Shown here in pieces: positions 1-12,774 of a stretch of 64,000 nucleotides of DNA. The position numbers and the translations under genes were made by a program. The first letter of the stretch is position 1. Each line of letters opens with the position of its first letter. Below the pieces are notes generated by a model. It had not been told where the DNA came from, ran no database searches, and worked only from the letters and a program-made list of their open reading frames with translations. Origin of the DNA: Blepharisma stoltei ATCC 30299 (Eukaryota > Protista > Ciliophora); the NCBI GenBank assembly GCA_965603825.1, contig CBFDEM010000033.1, positions 496,001-560,000 of the forward strand, read 5' to 3'.

Positions 1-809
1 CCTTGCATAGATGCAGCTGACGAGTGCATCCTTGGATTATTAAGTGGGGCAATTTCTTCCCAACAGTCATTTGGGTTAAGTTTTTCTACCTCTCTCCTTA
101 GTTTTCCTTGAAAAGTTCCTCCAATTACATATACAGTCCCTTTATGAAAAACCATAAAATGGCCACTCCTTGCATGAATTAACTCTCCTATATAATTTCA
201 GCCATTAGAAGCTTGATACCTAAATGATGGTAAACTTCCTTTGCAAGTGGCTATAATTTGTCCATCAGGTAAAACACAAACTGCGTCAAGCTCTATGTTT
301 TCTGGAAAATTTATATTGTTTTCTCTGTCATTTACCATATCATGCAAAAACAATTCATTATCGCCAAGTGTAATTAATGTGAATGGCTGCTCAAAATAAA
401 CTTCCTCACGAAGTGTTTCTATGTAATTTTTCTTTTTATTATTTGAAAAAGTATCATTGAAGCTACAAGAATTGTTGTTGTCGTCTATTGTTGGATATTT
501 TCAGCTTTGAGAGTTTAAGTCAGCAAGAAATGATGCTGGGTCTTCTCTGGAATTTTCACTAAATGACTTCTCTAATAAAGATTCCAAGGTTTCATCAATT
601 ATCATGACATCTTGATTAAAAGTCCGAATAAGCCTTTCTGATACATCTTCGCTAGAGCTTTCTTCAAAAAAAGAACGTCCTCTAGGTACGCGAATGATTA
701 TAGGCATTTGTGTCGCATCTAATGATGTTGCAATGTTATTAATTATAAGAAGGTCTTCAGTGCTTGCATTTCCGCTATCAGAAGCATTAAGTCTCTCAAT
801 TGATTGCAT
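1..809 (-). CDS. Kelch-repeat protein (3'-partial, runs off window start)
   Basis: ORF 501-809 continues through TGA(501-503)=Trp to the window edge. Kelch motifs: 'GWNYIGELIHARSGHFMVFHKGTVYVIGG' (its W is a TGA) and 'EVEKLNPNDCWEEIAPLNNPRMHSSAA'. Confidence 0.8.
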
Positions 810-1058
810 ATTATTTATGATTAAAGTTTAAGGATTAGATAGAATCTCCACTAATATGGGGGCTATAAGAATGAACTTGGAAATTTAAATTTCCAGGATA
901 ATTCCTAGTCTAGGTCGAGAAAAGTATGGAAAGGAAAACATCAAAATTTATATTAATGCATAAAAATAATTTATTATAATTAAATTAATTAAAGACTATG
1001 AGTCTATCTATACTAGACTCGTAATAATTTTAGTTGCAATATGATTTAAATTCATAAA

Positions 1059-3377
1059 ATGGCTTCTTCTTTTACCTATCATCAATCAGCCTCCAAAAAA
1101 GAATTTTCACAAAAAAAGACTCTCAGCCAAGCTTTATCTTCTATCCCAAATTTCAATGGAGACTATCTAAATGCAAGCTCTCATCAATTAGACGAAATTA
1201 CCACAATCCCTCTGAATTACACAAAAATTACGAAAATTAATTTATCACACAACAATTTACAAACTTTAGACGGAATTAACCAATTCAAAAATCTCACTCA
1301 TATAAATGTTTCTCATAATTATATACAAAGCTTTACAGAATTTCTTAAAATAAAAAATCCTGATAACTTACTTGTTTTAAATATTCAAGAAAACCCTATA
1401 TCTCTGCATCCAAATATTTTGCCGCTACTCTTAAGTATTTTTCCACATCTAATTGAGCTAAATAATATAAAAATTCATGATTTTATTAAGCAAGATATAT
1501 TAGACTCAATTTTATTATCGAAAACACTTATGAAATACTTATATAGGAATGAAAAATTAATTATGAGTTTAGATATTGACATAAAAAGATTAAAAATCAA
1601 ATATGAGCTATTTAATGCCTTGAAAAATAAAATTAATCCAATTACTGGCCCATATTGGGAAGATATAAACGCAGCACATAATAAAGAGCTAAAAAAACTT
1701 GAAGGCTTCCCTAAACTTCCAAAATATAATTACAACAAAATTATCAGACCATATATGATTATAAATTATATAGAAACTGCTAGTAAGGCATTACAGAAAA
1801 ATGATGATAGCAATTCTTTTGACCAGGATGAATTATTTAGAATCTATAAATGATTGTTTTGCGAAATCTTGATTTTAATGGAAAATTCAGGAAAAAATGA
1901 TTTGCAAACTTTTCTTGAAAAGAGTGCAAAAGAAACTAATATAAATATAGATGATCAAGAAAGGTTGTTTGAGACTGAACTACTACAATTTTATCAATTA
2001 GGAGTTGTCCTAGATAACGCTTATACTAGCAAACTAAATTTAAATTCTGCTAGAATTGATGTTTATCCTTTTCCTCCAGAAAATTCAATAAATTTTCTAA
2101 ATAATCCATCAAGCAGATATTTAAAAGCTCAAAACTTGACAAGATTTCCTATTTTTGGCTGTAACCAAGATTATTTACGTATAATTTTGACTATAATTAA
2201 AAATCAAATTGATACTATAGAAATTTTATATAACGAAAAAGAGCAACTTTTAAGGTTCGATGCAAGCCAATTAGGACTCCCGGGCTTTAGTGATCCACGG
2301 ATAGCTGGCTATTCTTTAAAAAAAGATAGAAGCAATAAAGAAATCACAGAAGAAACCCGATGCTCTCCTATACATTGTTTTGGAACCTCCCCAGAGCCTA
2401 TATCTTTAAGGATTCCTGTATCGCCAACTCAAGGAATTAAGAGTGTCGATTTTGATTTAGGATCAGATAAAGCTTTTTTGCATGAAATTGAAGAAGAAAT
2501 TAGCAGCTATGAAAGAGAATACTATGGGGAAAGCCGAAAAAGTCCACAAGAATTTACATTTAAAACACAAAAACACCCAAAAGATATCAAAAAACTATTT
2601 GAATTTTATCAAAATAAAATTAATAGAAAAAAGAGTCAAAAAATGATGAGAAATATATTAAATGCCTGGAAAAGATATAGGAAAATAAATAGAAAAAAGC
2701 AAGAAAATATTGAAAAAGCAGATTCATTTTATAAGGATTTACAAAAATCTAGATATTTATTGTCTTGGCGAAAAAATTGCAAAATAAATAATCTTCATAA
2801 AAGGTCACTACTAAATAAAGCTTTTAAAGGTTTGCACGAGGCTTGCATACTCAATCCTAAGTATCATAATTCTCTTGCAGAACGTCACTATACCAAAAAA
2901 CTCTTAAAAAAGCCTTTTATTTCTCTTTTATATCATACTCTAAAAAGAAAGGCTAATATGGAAAGAGCGGGATCATTTTATTCTGGGAAGCTAAAGCTTA
3001 ATTCATTTTTCATGCTGAAATCATATGCAAAGAAAAAGCGTAGACAAAGAATAGACTCGTTGGCATCTTCAATTACTGAAAATAAACCTTTAATGGCACA
3101 TATTATAAAAGATTGAGAAGAGAGCCATTCAAGCAAGCGAAAAAAAGATAAAGAAAAGGCAAAAGAAGAAATAAATAAGCTTTTGAAACGAATTAATAAA
3201 AGTGAAAAAAGTATTGAAAAGTTATGAAATTTAATGAAAACGACGAACAAAAATTGCAGATGTGGGGGCTTTAAGTGCGAAGTTTGTATAAGTGAAAAAG
3301 CTCAAAAAATATCAGAGGAGTTAGATTATTTGCTCCAAAACATAAAAACTCAGAAAATTCGAGCATTAATGAAATAA
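1059..3377 (+). CDS. Leucine-rich-repeat protein with Sfi1-like (L..F..W) repeats and a C-terminal Cys cluster, 772 aa
   Basis: One frame through TGA at 1851, 3114 and ~3224 to TAA 3375-3377. SDS22-type LRRs (INLSHNNLQTLDGI, INVSHNYIQ, LNIQENPI); basic helical repeats (ILNAWKRY, LLSWRKN); CRCGGFKCEVC near the end. Confidence 0.7.
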
Positions 3378-3500
3378 TTATTATAATTAATTTTTTAATA
3401 AATTATGATGGCTTTTGAAGATAACATGTATTTAACTTTACTGATCGATGCAATTAATTATGAAATAAGGAAAACATATCATATATATCTAATCGTTTAA

Positions 3501-4676
3501 TTAAACTTTATCTAAAGCTTGGCTTAAATCATGAATTAAATCTTCATAATGCTCACATCCTACCGAAAATCTGAGTATATTATTTGGCAATTGGCATGTC
3601 TCTTGATAAGCTTTCGACAACCATGGGTCATTTATAATGCTTTTCACTCCTCCCAAGCTTGCATAAGCAACATCAATAATTTTCAAACTATAATAAAAAT
3701 TCTTCATTTCTTCCTCTCCCCCTTTAATTCTCCAAGTAATAACAGCCCCTGCATTCCTCATCTCTCTTTTTACATATTCATAATTCGGGTGATCAGGAAG
3801 CCCTGGATATCTCACAAAATCAACTTTCGGGTGCGATTTTAAAAATAATGCACATTTCATAGCATTTTTTGCACTTTTTTTCATACGGAGATGCAAAGTT
3901 TTCATTCCTCTGATAGCCAGATAGCAGTCAAATGGATTAGGAGAGTCAGCCATCAAGCTTTGATATTCACGGGTTTTTCGATAAATTTCAAGGTCACTCG
4001 TGCAGACGATTCCTTGCAGAACGTCACAGTGACCGTTTATGAATTTTGTTGCTGAGTGAACTACGATATCTGCGCCATGGTTTATTGGTTTGATTACATA
4101 AGGGGTCCCTAATGTGTTATCTACAACTAAAATAATATTGTGCTGATGAGCAATTTCTGATATTAATTTAATATCAGGGACATTTAATAATGGATTAGAA
4201 AAGGTTTCAAGTCATATAACCTTCGTGTTTGGCTTAATAGCATTTCGTACATTTTCTATATTCGAAAAGTCAATATAGTCAGATGAAACATTGTCCATGG
4301 TGTTGGTTAATTTGGAAAAAGGATATCTCGCACCTATGTAAACATCTATGCCCACGATAATGTGCATTCCTGGGCATGCTAAGTTAAAAACACTGCATAT
4401 AGCTGCCAAACCGCTTGGAAATGCTATAGCATACTTAGTAGATTCACAAGCTGCTATCAGCTCTTCTAAAGATTGGACAGTAGAACACAAAGGTCTTTCT
4501 AAGTCACTAAAGCTGTCTGTATGGCTATATTCAAATCCAGTTGATAAAGAAATTGGCATAGCTAGTGCTCCTGTTGAAGGATATGGAGGCTGCCCAGCAT
4601 GAATACAAAGAGTTTCAATATTTAAATTCTGATTCTCATGAGCTTCTCTATCATGGTCCAGACTATTATGATCCAT
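3501..4676 (-). CDS. Cystathionine gamma-lyase family PLP enzyme (Cys/Met metabolism), 391 aa
   Basis: Two ORFs joined by TGA 4212-4214 in the conserved 'KVI-W-LETFSNP'. Also VVDNT, HSATKFINGHCDV (PLP lysine), SLGG and LRFSVGCEH. Confidence 0.92.
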
Positions 4677-4932
4677 TATTATTTTATTGAAATTTTCAAT
4701 GTGATTTAAATTATTTAATTACCTTTTTATTTAATAAAATTCCACACTTTCTTAACCCATCTTAATTTTAAAGACCTATACAGTTTATATATAATAAAAA
4801 TTATAAATTCATAGTGCATTTAATAGATTTTATTTAGAAAAAGTAATTTTTTATCAGCAAAATTAAAATACGAAAATAGAAGATCTATAAAAAATATTTA
4901 GCAATATTTTAATTAACCAATGTTTTATTTTG

Positions 4933-6153
4933 TTATACCACTCCAAATTCTTCATTCCATTTAGCATAAAACTCAAGTGTCGCTTTTGATACCGAAGGCC
5001 TTATCACTTTTAATGCTTCTTTGAAATGCTTTAAGCTAATCGGTGGAATTTCTCCTTTACTTAACTTGTCTGGCTTTAGATTTCTTACAGGCCCCATTGC
5101 AGCTTCTTTGCAAAGCGCAGTCATATCACTTCCTGAGTAAAAATTCGTATGCTTTACAATCGTATCTATATCTTTCGGCGATAGTTTTTTTGATAAGTTT
5201 TCCATAAGTTTGACAACCATCGCTTTTCTAGTTTCATTGTCAGGCAAGTCTATATAAACCCTTTTTGCTAGCCTTCTCCTTACTGCTTCATCAATTTCTT
5301 GTGGCCGATTGGTAGCAGCAATCACAATCACGCGATCATCTGAGTTAGAGGAAACTCCATCCATTTGCACTAAAAATTCCGTTTCAAGTCTTCGTGATGC
5401 TTCATGCTGGCTGTCTGATCGAGAACCTAAAATTGAGTCTACTTCATCTATAAAAATAACTGAAGGCTGAAGGCGCCTAGCTACACTGAAAAGGGCTCGA
5501 ACTAATTTTTCAGCATCTCCAAAATTCTTTGATGTAAGTGTAGCTGAAGAAACACTAAGAAATGTGGCTTGGCATTGGGAAGCTACAGCTTTAGCAAGCA
5601 TGGTTTTACCTGTACCTGGAGGACCAAAAAGCATGATGCCTTTAGGAGGTGCTCTTAAGCCTGTAAATATATGCGGAAACTGGGATGGAAGTATAATGGC
5701 TTCTCTTAGCATCTCTTTCGCTCTTTCTAGCCCTGCAATATCGTCCCATTTAACACTGAGCGACCTGTCTACAATTTCTCCTTCAATTGCTCTTTCTAAG
5801 TTTGCTAATTCAGGATTTGGGCTAAGATTTTGATTAACATGCACTGAATTTCTTACTGGAGAAACTATTTGGCCTCTGTTATTAGTAGTTACGGCTCTTC
5901 TAAGTGGGACTTTTTGCTCTTCAAGGGAGTTTTTTGCTGCTTTGCAATATTCTGCCTTTTCTAGAATCTGAGAAATAAGAATCATTGTTTTGTCCTTTTC
6001 AGGCGGTCTCTGTGCTTTTGACATTTGAAATAAAATATCTAAAGCCTGCTTATAAAGTAGCAAAGCTCTTGAAAAGTTTTGCTCATCTAAATAAAATGTA
6101 CTGTATAATTGATTTGCGTCTCTTATCAGATCTGTTATCGGCCTAGTTTCCAT
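4933..6153 (-). CDS. Spastin/fidgetin-family microtubule-severing AAA ATPase (MIT + AAA + Vps4_C), 406 aa
   Basis: N-terminal MIT-like helices; WDDIAGL, GPPGTGKT, IFIDEVD, AATNRPQEIDEAVRRR, C-terminal WNEEFG. Confidence 0.88.
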   Translation of the reverse strand: METRPITDLIRDANQLYSTFYLDEQNFSRALLLYKQALDILFQMSKAQRPPEKDKTMILISQILEKAEYCKAAKNSLEEQKVPLRRAVTTNNRGQIVSPVRNSVHVNQNLSPNPELANLERAIEGEIVDRSLSVKWDDIAGLERAKEMLREAIILPSQFPHIFTGLRAPPKGIMLFGPPGTGKTMLAKAVASQCQATFLSVSSATLTSKNFGDAEKLVRALFSVARRLQPSVIFIDEVDSILGSRSDSQHEASRRLETEFLVQMDGVSSNSDDRVIVIAATNRPQEIDEAVRRRLAKRVYIDLPDNETRKAMVVKLMENLSKKLSPKDIDTIVKHTNFYSGSDMTALCKEAAMGPVRNLKPDKLSKGEIPPISLKHFKEALKVIRPSVSKATLEFYAKWNEEFGVV

Positions 6154-6623
6154 AATAAATTTTATATTAATTCTTTAGAAATAGGCATATTGGATAAAGC
6201 TGTCTAGGATATATAATCTTTTAAAATCGGATGAGTTATTATGAATATTACGAGAAAATACCAAAATAAACATTTTTAACCAAAATTGAATTTATTTTCT
6301 ATAAATCTCTTTTATTTTTCCATTAGCCAATTTTCACAATTTGAATTTAAATTTTGTAACTTTCCATCATTGTTTACTTAAAATATCAGATCAGCCATCA
6401 TTCAATTTGAATTGTTTTAAGAATAATAAAAGTATTTATTCCTAGCACTATTTACGATATATTTATGTTTCTATAATAGTCTTGCTTATAATAAGGCCCG
6501 AAGTGTTGGGAAAGACGTATTTTTATTATGGGGTAGATGGAGAATTAATGACAAGAAAGAGCGCTCTTCCTTTAAGTTGCAAATGGTGCTGAAAAGATTA
6601 ATAGAGCTGGTGGAGAAAATTAT

Positions 6624-7226
6624 TTAGCGATTTTGAGAATTAGATATTGAGCGATCTCTTCTAGAGCGAGCTAGAGGTGATGGAGTTCGTCTTCTTCTAT
6701 GATATGAGTTTCTATATTTACTTGAAGCTGCAAGTGGTCCGTTATAGCTCCCAGGAGTTGGCTCATGTGGTTTGCTTCTTCTAGCTTTTTCCACTCTAAT
6801 TACCTTACCTTGCAATTCAGTTTTGTCTAAATTTTTAATAGCTTCTCCTGCATCTTCAACCTTTTCATACGTAACAAACCCAAACCCTCTTGATTCCTGA
6901 GTGAAAGGATCCTTAATGATCCTCATATCTTTGATAGTCCCATACTTGCTGAAGATCTCTCTTAATTCGTCTTCTTTGGTTTCTATTGAGAGGTTGTTAA
7001 TGTAGATGTTATTCCCTGGGTTGGCTTCTGGATGGTCTGGAGGAGGGTTTGAAATCCCGCCACGCCTTGAACCATGAGGAGATCTATGGCGATGGTGGCG
7101 TTCATAGCTGTCATAGCGGTCTCTACTATGCCGGTGACCATGACGGTCATAGCTTGGAGATCTCCTGTGCCGGCGGTAACTCCGGGAACTGCTTCTAGAG
7201 TAGCTTCTTTTCCTTGGACTTCTCAT
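6624..7226 (-). CDS. SR-rich RRM splicing factor (Tra2/SR45a-like), 200 aa
   Basis: RS/RH-rich ends; NPGNNIYINNLS (RNP2), SRGFGFVTY (RNP1), followed by PTPGSY. Confidence 0.85.
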   Translation of the reverse strand: MRSPRKRSYSRSSSRSYRRHRRSPSYDRHGHRHSRDRYDSYERHHRHRSPHGSRRGGISNPPPDHPEANPGNNIYINNLSIETKEDELREIFSKYGTIKDMRIIKDPFTQESRGFGFVTYEKVEDAGEAIKNLDKTELQGKVIRVEKARRSKPHEPTPGSYNGPLAASSKYRNSYHRRRRTPSPLARSRRDRSISNSQNR

Positions 7227-7594
7227 ATTTTTAAGTATTAGTGATGTGTGAAGATATTTAAGTGTGAGTATCAGAATAATGGATAGGAATTAGAAGGGGA
7301 TAGGAAGGAAATAATGTTGAGCTTGAGTAGAGGAAAGGGGGTTAGAAAATTTTATTGAGATGGAAAATTAAAGCTGGAGGTGACATTTATTGATCCATTA
7401 ATTTATATGAAGGTCGATTAAGAGGTAATATTGGAATATGAAGGATTGGTGGAATATAATAAGCTGTAATTATCAAATTTATTTGCAAAAAATGATATTA
7501 ATAAAGAGTAAGTATTGAATATATGTTAAAATTAATTTCTATGCAAATGTATTTTATTAATTTATAAATTATAATAAAAAATAGTTCATCCTTA

Positions 7595-8821
7595 TTATAA
7601 GCTTTTTATTCTTAAATGAACCTTTGAAAAGCTCCTTCTCCTTCCTTTCACTACTTTTTGTAACAAGTTTCCTCTCTTTTCCCTAGATTTCACAAATGCT
7701 TCAGCAACAACTTTAATGATTTCATCATGGTCTTCTTCATCTAAAATTTCTTCTTTTAATATTGCTTCCATTACATCTTCAAGAGTAATTAGCCCTGCAG
7801 GGACCACACCATCCATAACAATAGCCATATGACTTTTCCCCGCTAAAAATAGTCCTAATAAATCCATCATTGTATCGTTAATTCTTACTTTTATAGGCTG
7901 TTTCATTAGATATGGCTCATCTGCAATGGTTTTTTGATTATCTGCGCATAATAACTTTTTGGTCAATAAAATCCCTATGATTTCGTGATTATTTTCTGCT
8001 TTAAAAATTGGGATTCTTGAATACCCTTGTTTCATAATTCCTTTTACAGCTTTCCTAGACAGCATTAAGTCATTGCTCACGCAATAAGCTTTTTCGAGAG
8101 GAATCATGTAATCTTTTACGATTTTTTTATATAAATCGATAGCACCATGTATCATACGGATTTGACTTGGAGCAAGCCCATGGCCTTCTTTTGCTGGGGA
8201 TTCAGGCTCAGACTGATGCAATGCAATCAGAGTTTTGATGTCTTCATTGTTTAATTTGTGTGCTGAATGATCATTTCCAAAGATTAAATCTAAAAATTTT
8301 GATATTGGATACCCAAGTGGGAATAATAAAATTATCAGTATTTTTATCACTGGCACCATCCTGCATGCTATTTTAATTTGGTCAGGCCCAGTGCAAAAAG
8401 CTTGAGGAATAATCTCTCCAAAAATCACACAAAAAACAATTGATAAAAGCACAGAAATAATTTTGTCAAACATTTCATCTAAAACTAATGGTAAAGCTTC
8501 CATTGCAATAGCATTTGCAAGCAAAAGAGTTACGAGCACTAAATGATGCTGATTAATTAAAGGAATTAATTGCCTCGCTTGTTGTTTTTCGTCTTCTTTT
8601 CCAACTTCTAATTTCAGAAGAAGGTCAATTTCATCAATTCCCATAACACCAACTGTGAGACCGGAGACCAGACCTCCGGTCAGCACACATAAAACTGCCA
8701 CAAAGCTATTCATGGCGTATTGTTCTCAAGTCATTTCTTCTAGTAAATCGTCATTGTCTATTGGATTTTGAGTGCTTTCTTTTAGACCATCATAAAGAAT
8801 AGTTAATAGCGTATAAAACAT
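7595..8821 (-). CDS. CNNM/DUF21-CBS metal (Mg2+) transporter, ~408 aa
   Basis: SGLTVG, LLLANAIAMEALP, FGEIIPQA, GYSRIPI, SHMAIV, ITLEDVMEAIL. N-terminus extended through TGA 8726-8728 to ATG at 8821 (start inferred). Confidence 0.88.
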
Positions 8822-9154
8822 TATATTAATTTCCACTTGATAAAATTTTGAATAATTAAATCTGTAAAAAAATAGGTTTTTTGTAATGATCATAGTGAAT
8901 TGTTTGTCTGGTTGAATCAATAATTGTGCATAAAAATAGAGGAAGATTATGTTTTGGTTTTATTAATAATAGTCAAATAATATTTTTTATGAATTTGCAC
9001 TTGAATCAAGTATCTTTTCCAAGGTGAGCTTGATAAGGCTTTATGTTGCTATTTTATTAATTTATGCTAAAATTTAGTAGATTTTGCAATTTTTTCGGTG
9101 AAAATATTTGGAATTAATTAGTAAAATATGATAATTCTATCAAATTAGCGGGAA

Positions 9155-9730
9155 ATGGAAATAGAGCTCTCTATGGCAGAAACTGAATTTTTCGCTGAAA
9201 GCCAACTAATCACAATAGTCCCAAACTTCAGAGAAGACCAAATAATCTTACTATGTGGCCAATTTGGCCCGTTTCGGCCCTCAATTCCTCTAGATGTCCC
9301 ATTATGACTCGCAATTTTTTTAAAAAAGCAGCATAAATGCCAAATTGTTCCTCCTTCTTGAATGGATCTTGAAGTTCTCAGCAATAAAGTCGAGGTCGAG
9401 CGCAAAACTGAGGGTTTCGCCGAAATTGATTTTCACTATTTAGAAACTTCTTCTATGCTTTTGACCCATGCTCAAGAAGATATAAAACATAAAAGTGTTA
9501 TAGGAAGGCTTATTCAAGATCTATATGATCTAAGGACTGCGAAAATCAGGGATATCATAAAAGAATTAAAACCGGAAAATTCTAAGCTGAAATTGACAAA
9601 TATCGCAGCTATTGAGCTTCAGACACTTAGAAGGCTATTGGTATGTACATTTGATACGATTTCCCAAATCAATAGAAAGGAAGAGCAAGTTGAGGATGAA
9701 AAAAATAATGAAAATGCAGCTCCACAGTAG
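9155..9730 (+). CDS. PSF2: GINS complex subunit Psf2, 191 aa
   Basis: EFFAE..ITIVPNF, FGPFRP, 'VPL-W-LA' (TGA 9305-9307) and 'PPS-W-M' (TGA 9359-9361); both TGAs sit at conserved Psf2 tryptophans. Confidence 0.92.
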
Positions 9731-9786
9731 AGAAATTTTGTTTATTAAAAATTCTTTAATCTTAATAGCTTGATTTATAATTTATT

Positions 9787-11088
9787 ATGGAAGAAAATAA
9801 ATTCGAAGACGAAAACACTTCTGAAGAAAATTCTGGAAACCCTGAAATCCCCAAAGACATAGTCGGTGAAGAAAAAGATCTGTTTAATAATGGTACTGTC
9901 TTTAAAACTATCACAAAAGTTGGCTTTGGCTACGACACCATTGAATATAAAGATGACATAACCATTGATATCACTGTCCGTCAAGAAGGAGCAACTGTAT
10001 TTCAAGAGCCAAACCTGAAGCTTGTAATAGTCCCTGAAAGCGTACCTGAAGCCCTCATAGAAATCCTCAAAACAATGAAGCTCAAAGAAGAAGCGCAGCT
10101 AAAAATCCATAATAAATATTTTCGTGACAATTTCGAAAGGTTTATGCCAAACCCAGTGACTGATGCTGATTTTTTAGTCGACATAAAAATTATTGATATG
10201 AGAAAAGCAGAAGATATGTACCTTGATGGTAGTTTTTATAAGAGAACTATAGAAGAAGGGGCAGGAAAAGATCTGCCCAATACAAATGCACATGTGAGGG
10301 TTTTATATAAATTAGATATAGAAGGAGAAACTGTACTGACAAATTTTGACCAAGAGCCTCTAGAGATCATTATGGATGAAGACGAGGTGCCTTCGCTATG
10401 GACGCATTGCTTGAGGCAGATGAAAGAAGGAGACTTGGTCAAGGTCGAATGCAATTTGATGGGACTACATGCAAATTATCTCAACGATGGCCTGGATAAG
10501 AAATATAATTTTGATACCTACGCAAAAGAAAACCAACATTCTGCAGAATTTTATATAAAACTCGTATCGTTTCAAATGGGAAGAACAAACTATAACATGA
10601 CTACACAAGACAGAGCTGATGAAGCATTGAGAATTAAAGAAGCTGGAAACAAGCTTTTTAAGGTTGGCAGATATGACCGCGCAGTTGAAAAATATGAAGC
10701 TGCAAATACCACAATAGACCCCATAACTGATGATCCACACAAATTTAGACCTGTATTTTTTATTTAGATAAGGAACGCTCTATTAGGAAATATCACCCTT
10801 TGCAATTTGAAACTGGAAAGGTGGCATGAGGCTGCAGTTGACGCAAATAAAATTCTTGATATGAATCCAGCAGATGTTAAAGCGTTATATAGAAGAGGCT
10901 TAGCTAGAAAAGAGCTGGAGAATCTTGAAGGAGCTTTAGAAGACTTTAAAGAAGCCAAAAGAGTTAGCCAGGAAAAAGGGGATAAAGAGATGGGGGTAAC
11001 GGTAGAAAATGAGATTAAAAGGATTAAAGCAATTATGAAGAAAAGCTATAGCCGTGAAAAAGAAATTTACAAAAATCTTTTTAAATAA
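9787..11088 (+). CDS. Multi-domain FKBP-type PPIase with TPR repeats (FKBP4/ROF-like), 428 aa, one 15-nt intron
   Basis: Degenerate FKBP domains (KRTIEEGAG, CLRQMKEGD) then TPRs (KEAGNKLFKVGRY, VKALYRRGLA). The in-frame TAG is removed by intron 10753-10767. Confidence 0.85.
10753..10767 (+). other. 15-nt spliceosomal intron
   Basis: GTATTTTTTATTTAG; A at position 10; removal restores the TPR reading frame. Confidence 0.88.
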
Positions 11089-11109
11089 GTCACAAATTTA
11101 ATAATTAAA

Positions 11110-12369
11110 ATGGATTTCGCCTTAATAGCGCTAGTTTTGACAGAAGTGCTATCATGCTCAGTATATTCGATTTTAGCACCTTTTTTCCCTTCAGAGGCAA
11201 ATAGCAAAGGAATTGGAAGCTCCTTAGTAGGGGTTATTTTCAGTGGATATCCGATTGCTGCAAGCATATCATCTTTAATTTTCGCAAAATTTATATCAAA
11301 AATAGGAAGACGAAAATTACTTGTATTTGGCTGCGCTTGTGAAGGCTTTGCAATGCTTACATTTGGATTTGTTCCTTATATTAATCGGCAATTATTTATT
11401 ATTATTTCTACTATAGCCAGATTTGGACAAGGCCTTGGAGCAGGAGCTAATACAACTGCTACGTTTGCAATAGTAGCAGTTACATATCCAGATAGAATGG
11501 AATCAGTTATTGGCCTAGTTCAGTCAACAGCAGGCATTGGATTTTTAGTAGGACCTCTGATAGGATCAGCACTCTACTCAATCGGCGGTTTTTCCTTTCT
11601 ATTTTTTACCTATGGAATTATTTTCTTAATTTTTGTCCCGGTCATATACACAATGCTACCTAGAGATGCAGAATATAATAAAAATAGAGATGAAATACAG
11701 TTATCAGAGCTCGCCAAAATTCCGACTGTGATTTATAATGGAATTGTTCAGATTATATCAATAATGAGCTTAAGCTTTCTTTATCCAACACTGACAAATC
11801 ATCTTGCTTCTTTTGGTGTCAGCACTGCTTGGACTGGAGTCATTTTCTCGTTACCATCAGGTGCTTATGCACTGGCTGCTGTTGTGTTAAGCTATATTAA
11901 ATGAGAGAAGAAACTTATTATGAGCATTGGGCTGTTTTTTATTTCTATGGCAAACTTTCATGTGGGGCCATGAGAGTATTTATTTTATCTACCTCAAAAA
12001 TTATGGATTGTTGTAATGGCAGGAGCATTTTTAGGATTTGGTCTTGGCTTATCTAATCTTCCAGTGCTTCCTGATATGGTTGAAAATTCTGTAAAAGTCC
12101 TTAGGCAGTACACAGAAGCCCAAATTTCTGATTCATTATCAGGTTTGCTGTGCTTTGCTATATTTTTTGGTGAAATCTGTGGACCCCCTTTATCAGGATT
12201 TCTTGCAGAAAGCATGGATTTTGGCAATGCTGAAGCAATAATGGGGTTTGCAGTGCTATTTTATTTGATCATTTATGTAATTTTTAGGAAAAAACAAAAT
12301 TCCTTAAAAAGAGATAACTTAAAGGAGATGTTCTTTGAGCATGAAATGATATCAACAACTATAAATTAA
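11110..12369 (+). CDS. MFS transporter (SLC18B1-like), 419 aa
   Basis: About 12 hydrophobic helices, KIGRRK loop motif, RFGQGLG, GPLIGS; reads through TGA at 11902 and 11971. Confidence 0.88.
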
Positions 12370-12420
12370 ATAAATCTCTAATAAACATATCTTAATTTTG
12401 TATAAAAATGAAATTTTGCC

Positions 12421-12753
12421 TTAGCTTATTATATTGCCTTCTTCATTTTTAGCTTTTTGTTTAGCAATAAAATCCTCATAGAATTTCTCGTACATAGAAT
12501 GTGTATAATAAGTTGAAACTCCTATAGAATAAGTTCCAATCGATAAAGGCACTAAAACTCTCAACACCAAATGCAAGGATGCAGGCCATTTCATAATGCG
12601 TGGGGTCACTAGCTTGCTGAATGCCATCACAGAGACTGCGTAGGTTGCACAAAAAGGTAAAACTAGAGTTTTCCCCATCAGCTTATAAGCTTCCACTGTC
12701 TGATCCTCATCGAGTTTATCTAAATTTTGCAAAAGCCACTCAGTCTTTTCCAT
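12421..12753 (-). CDS. Hypothetical small membrane protein, 110 aa
   Basis: ATG-to-TAA ORF filling the gap between neighbours; two hydrophobic segments. Confidence 0.65.
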   Translation of the reverse strand: MEKTEWLLQNLDKLDEDQTVEAYKLMGKTLVLPFCATYAVSVMAFSKLVTPRIMKWPASLHLVLRVLVPLSIGTYSIGVSTYYTHSMYEKFYEDFIAKQKAKNEEGNIIS

Positions 12754-12774
12754 GATTATTATAATTAAATAAAA

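Noticed and set aside
7230-7460. Purine-rich, strand-asymmetric region upstream of the SR gene
   Set aside because: Could be promoter or 5' UTR, but I can define no specific motif or structure.
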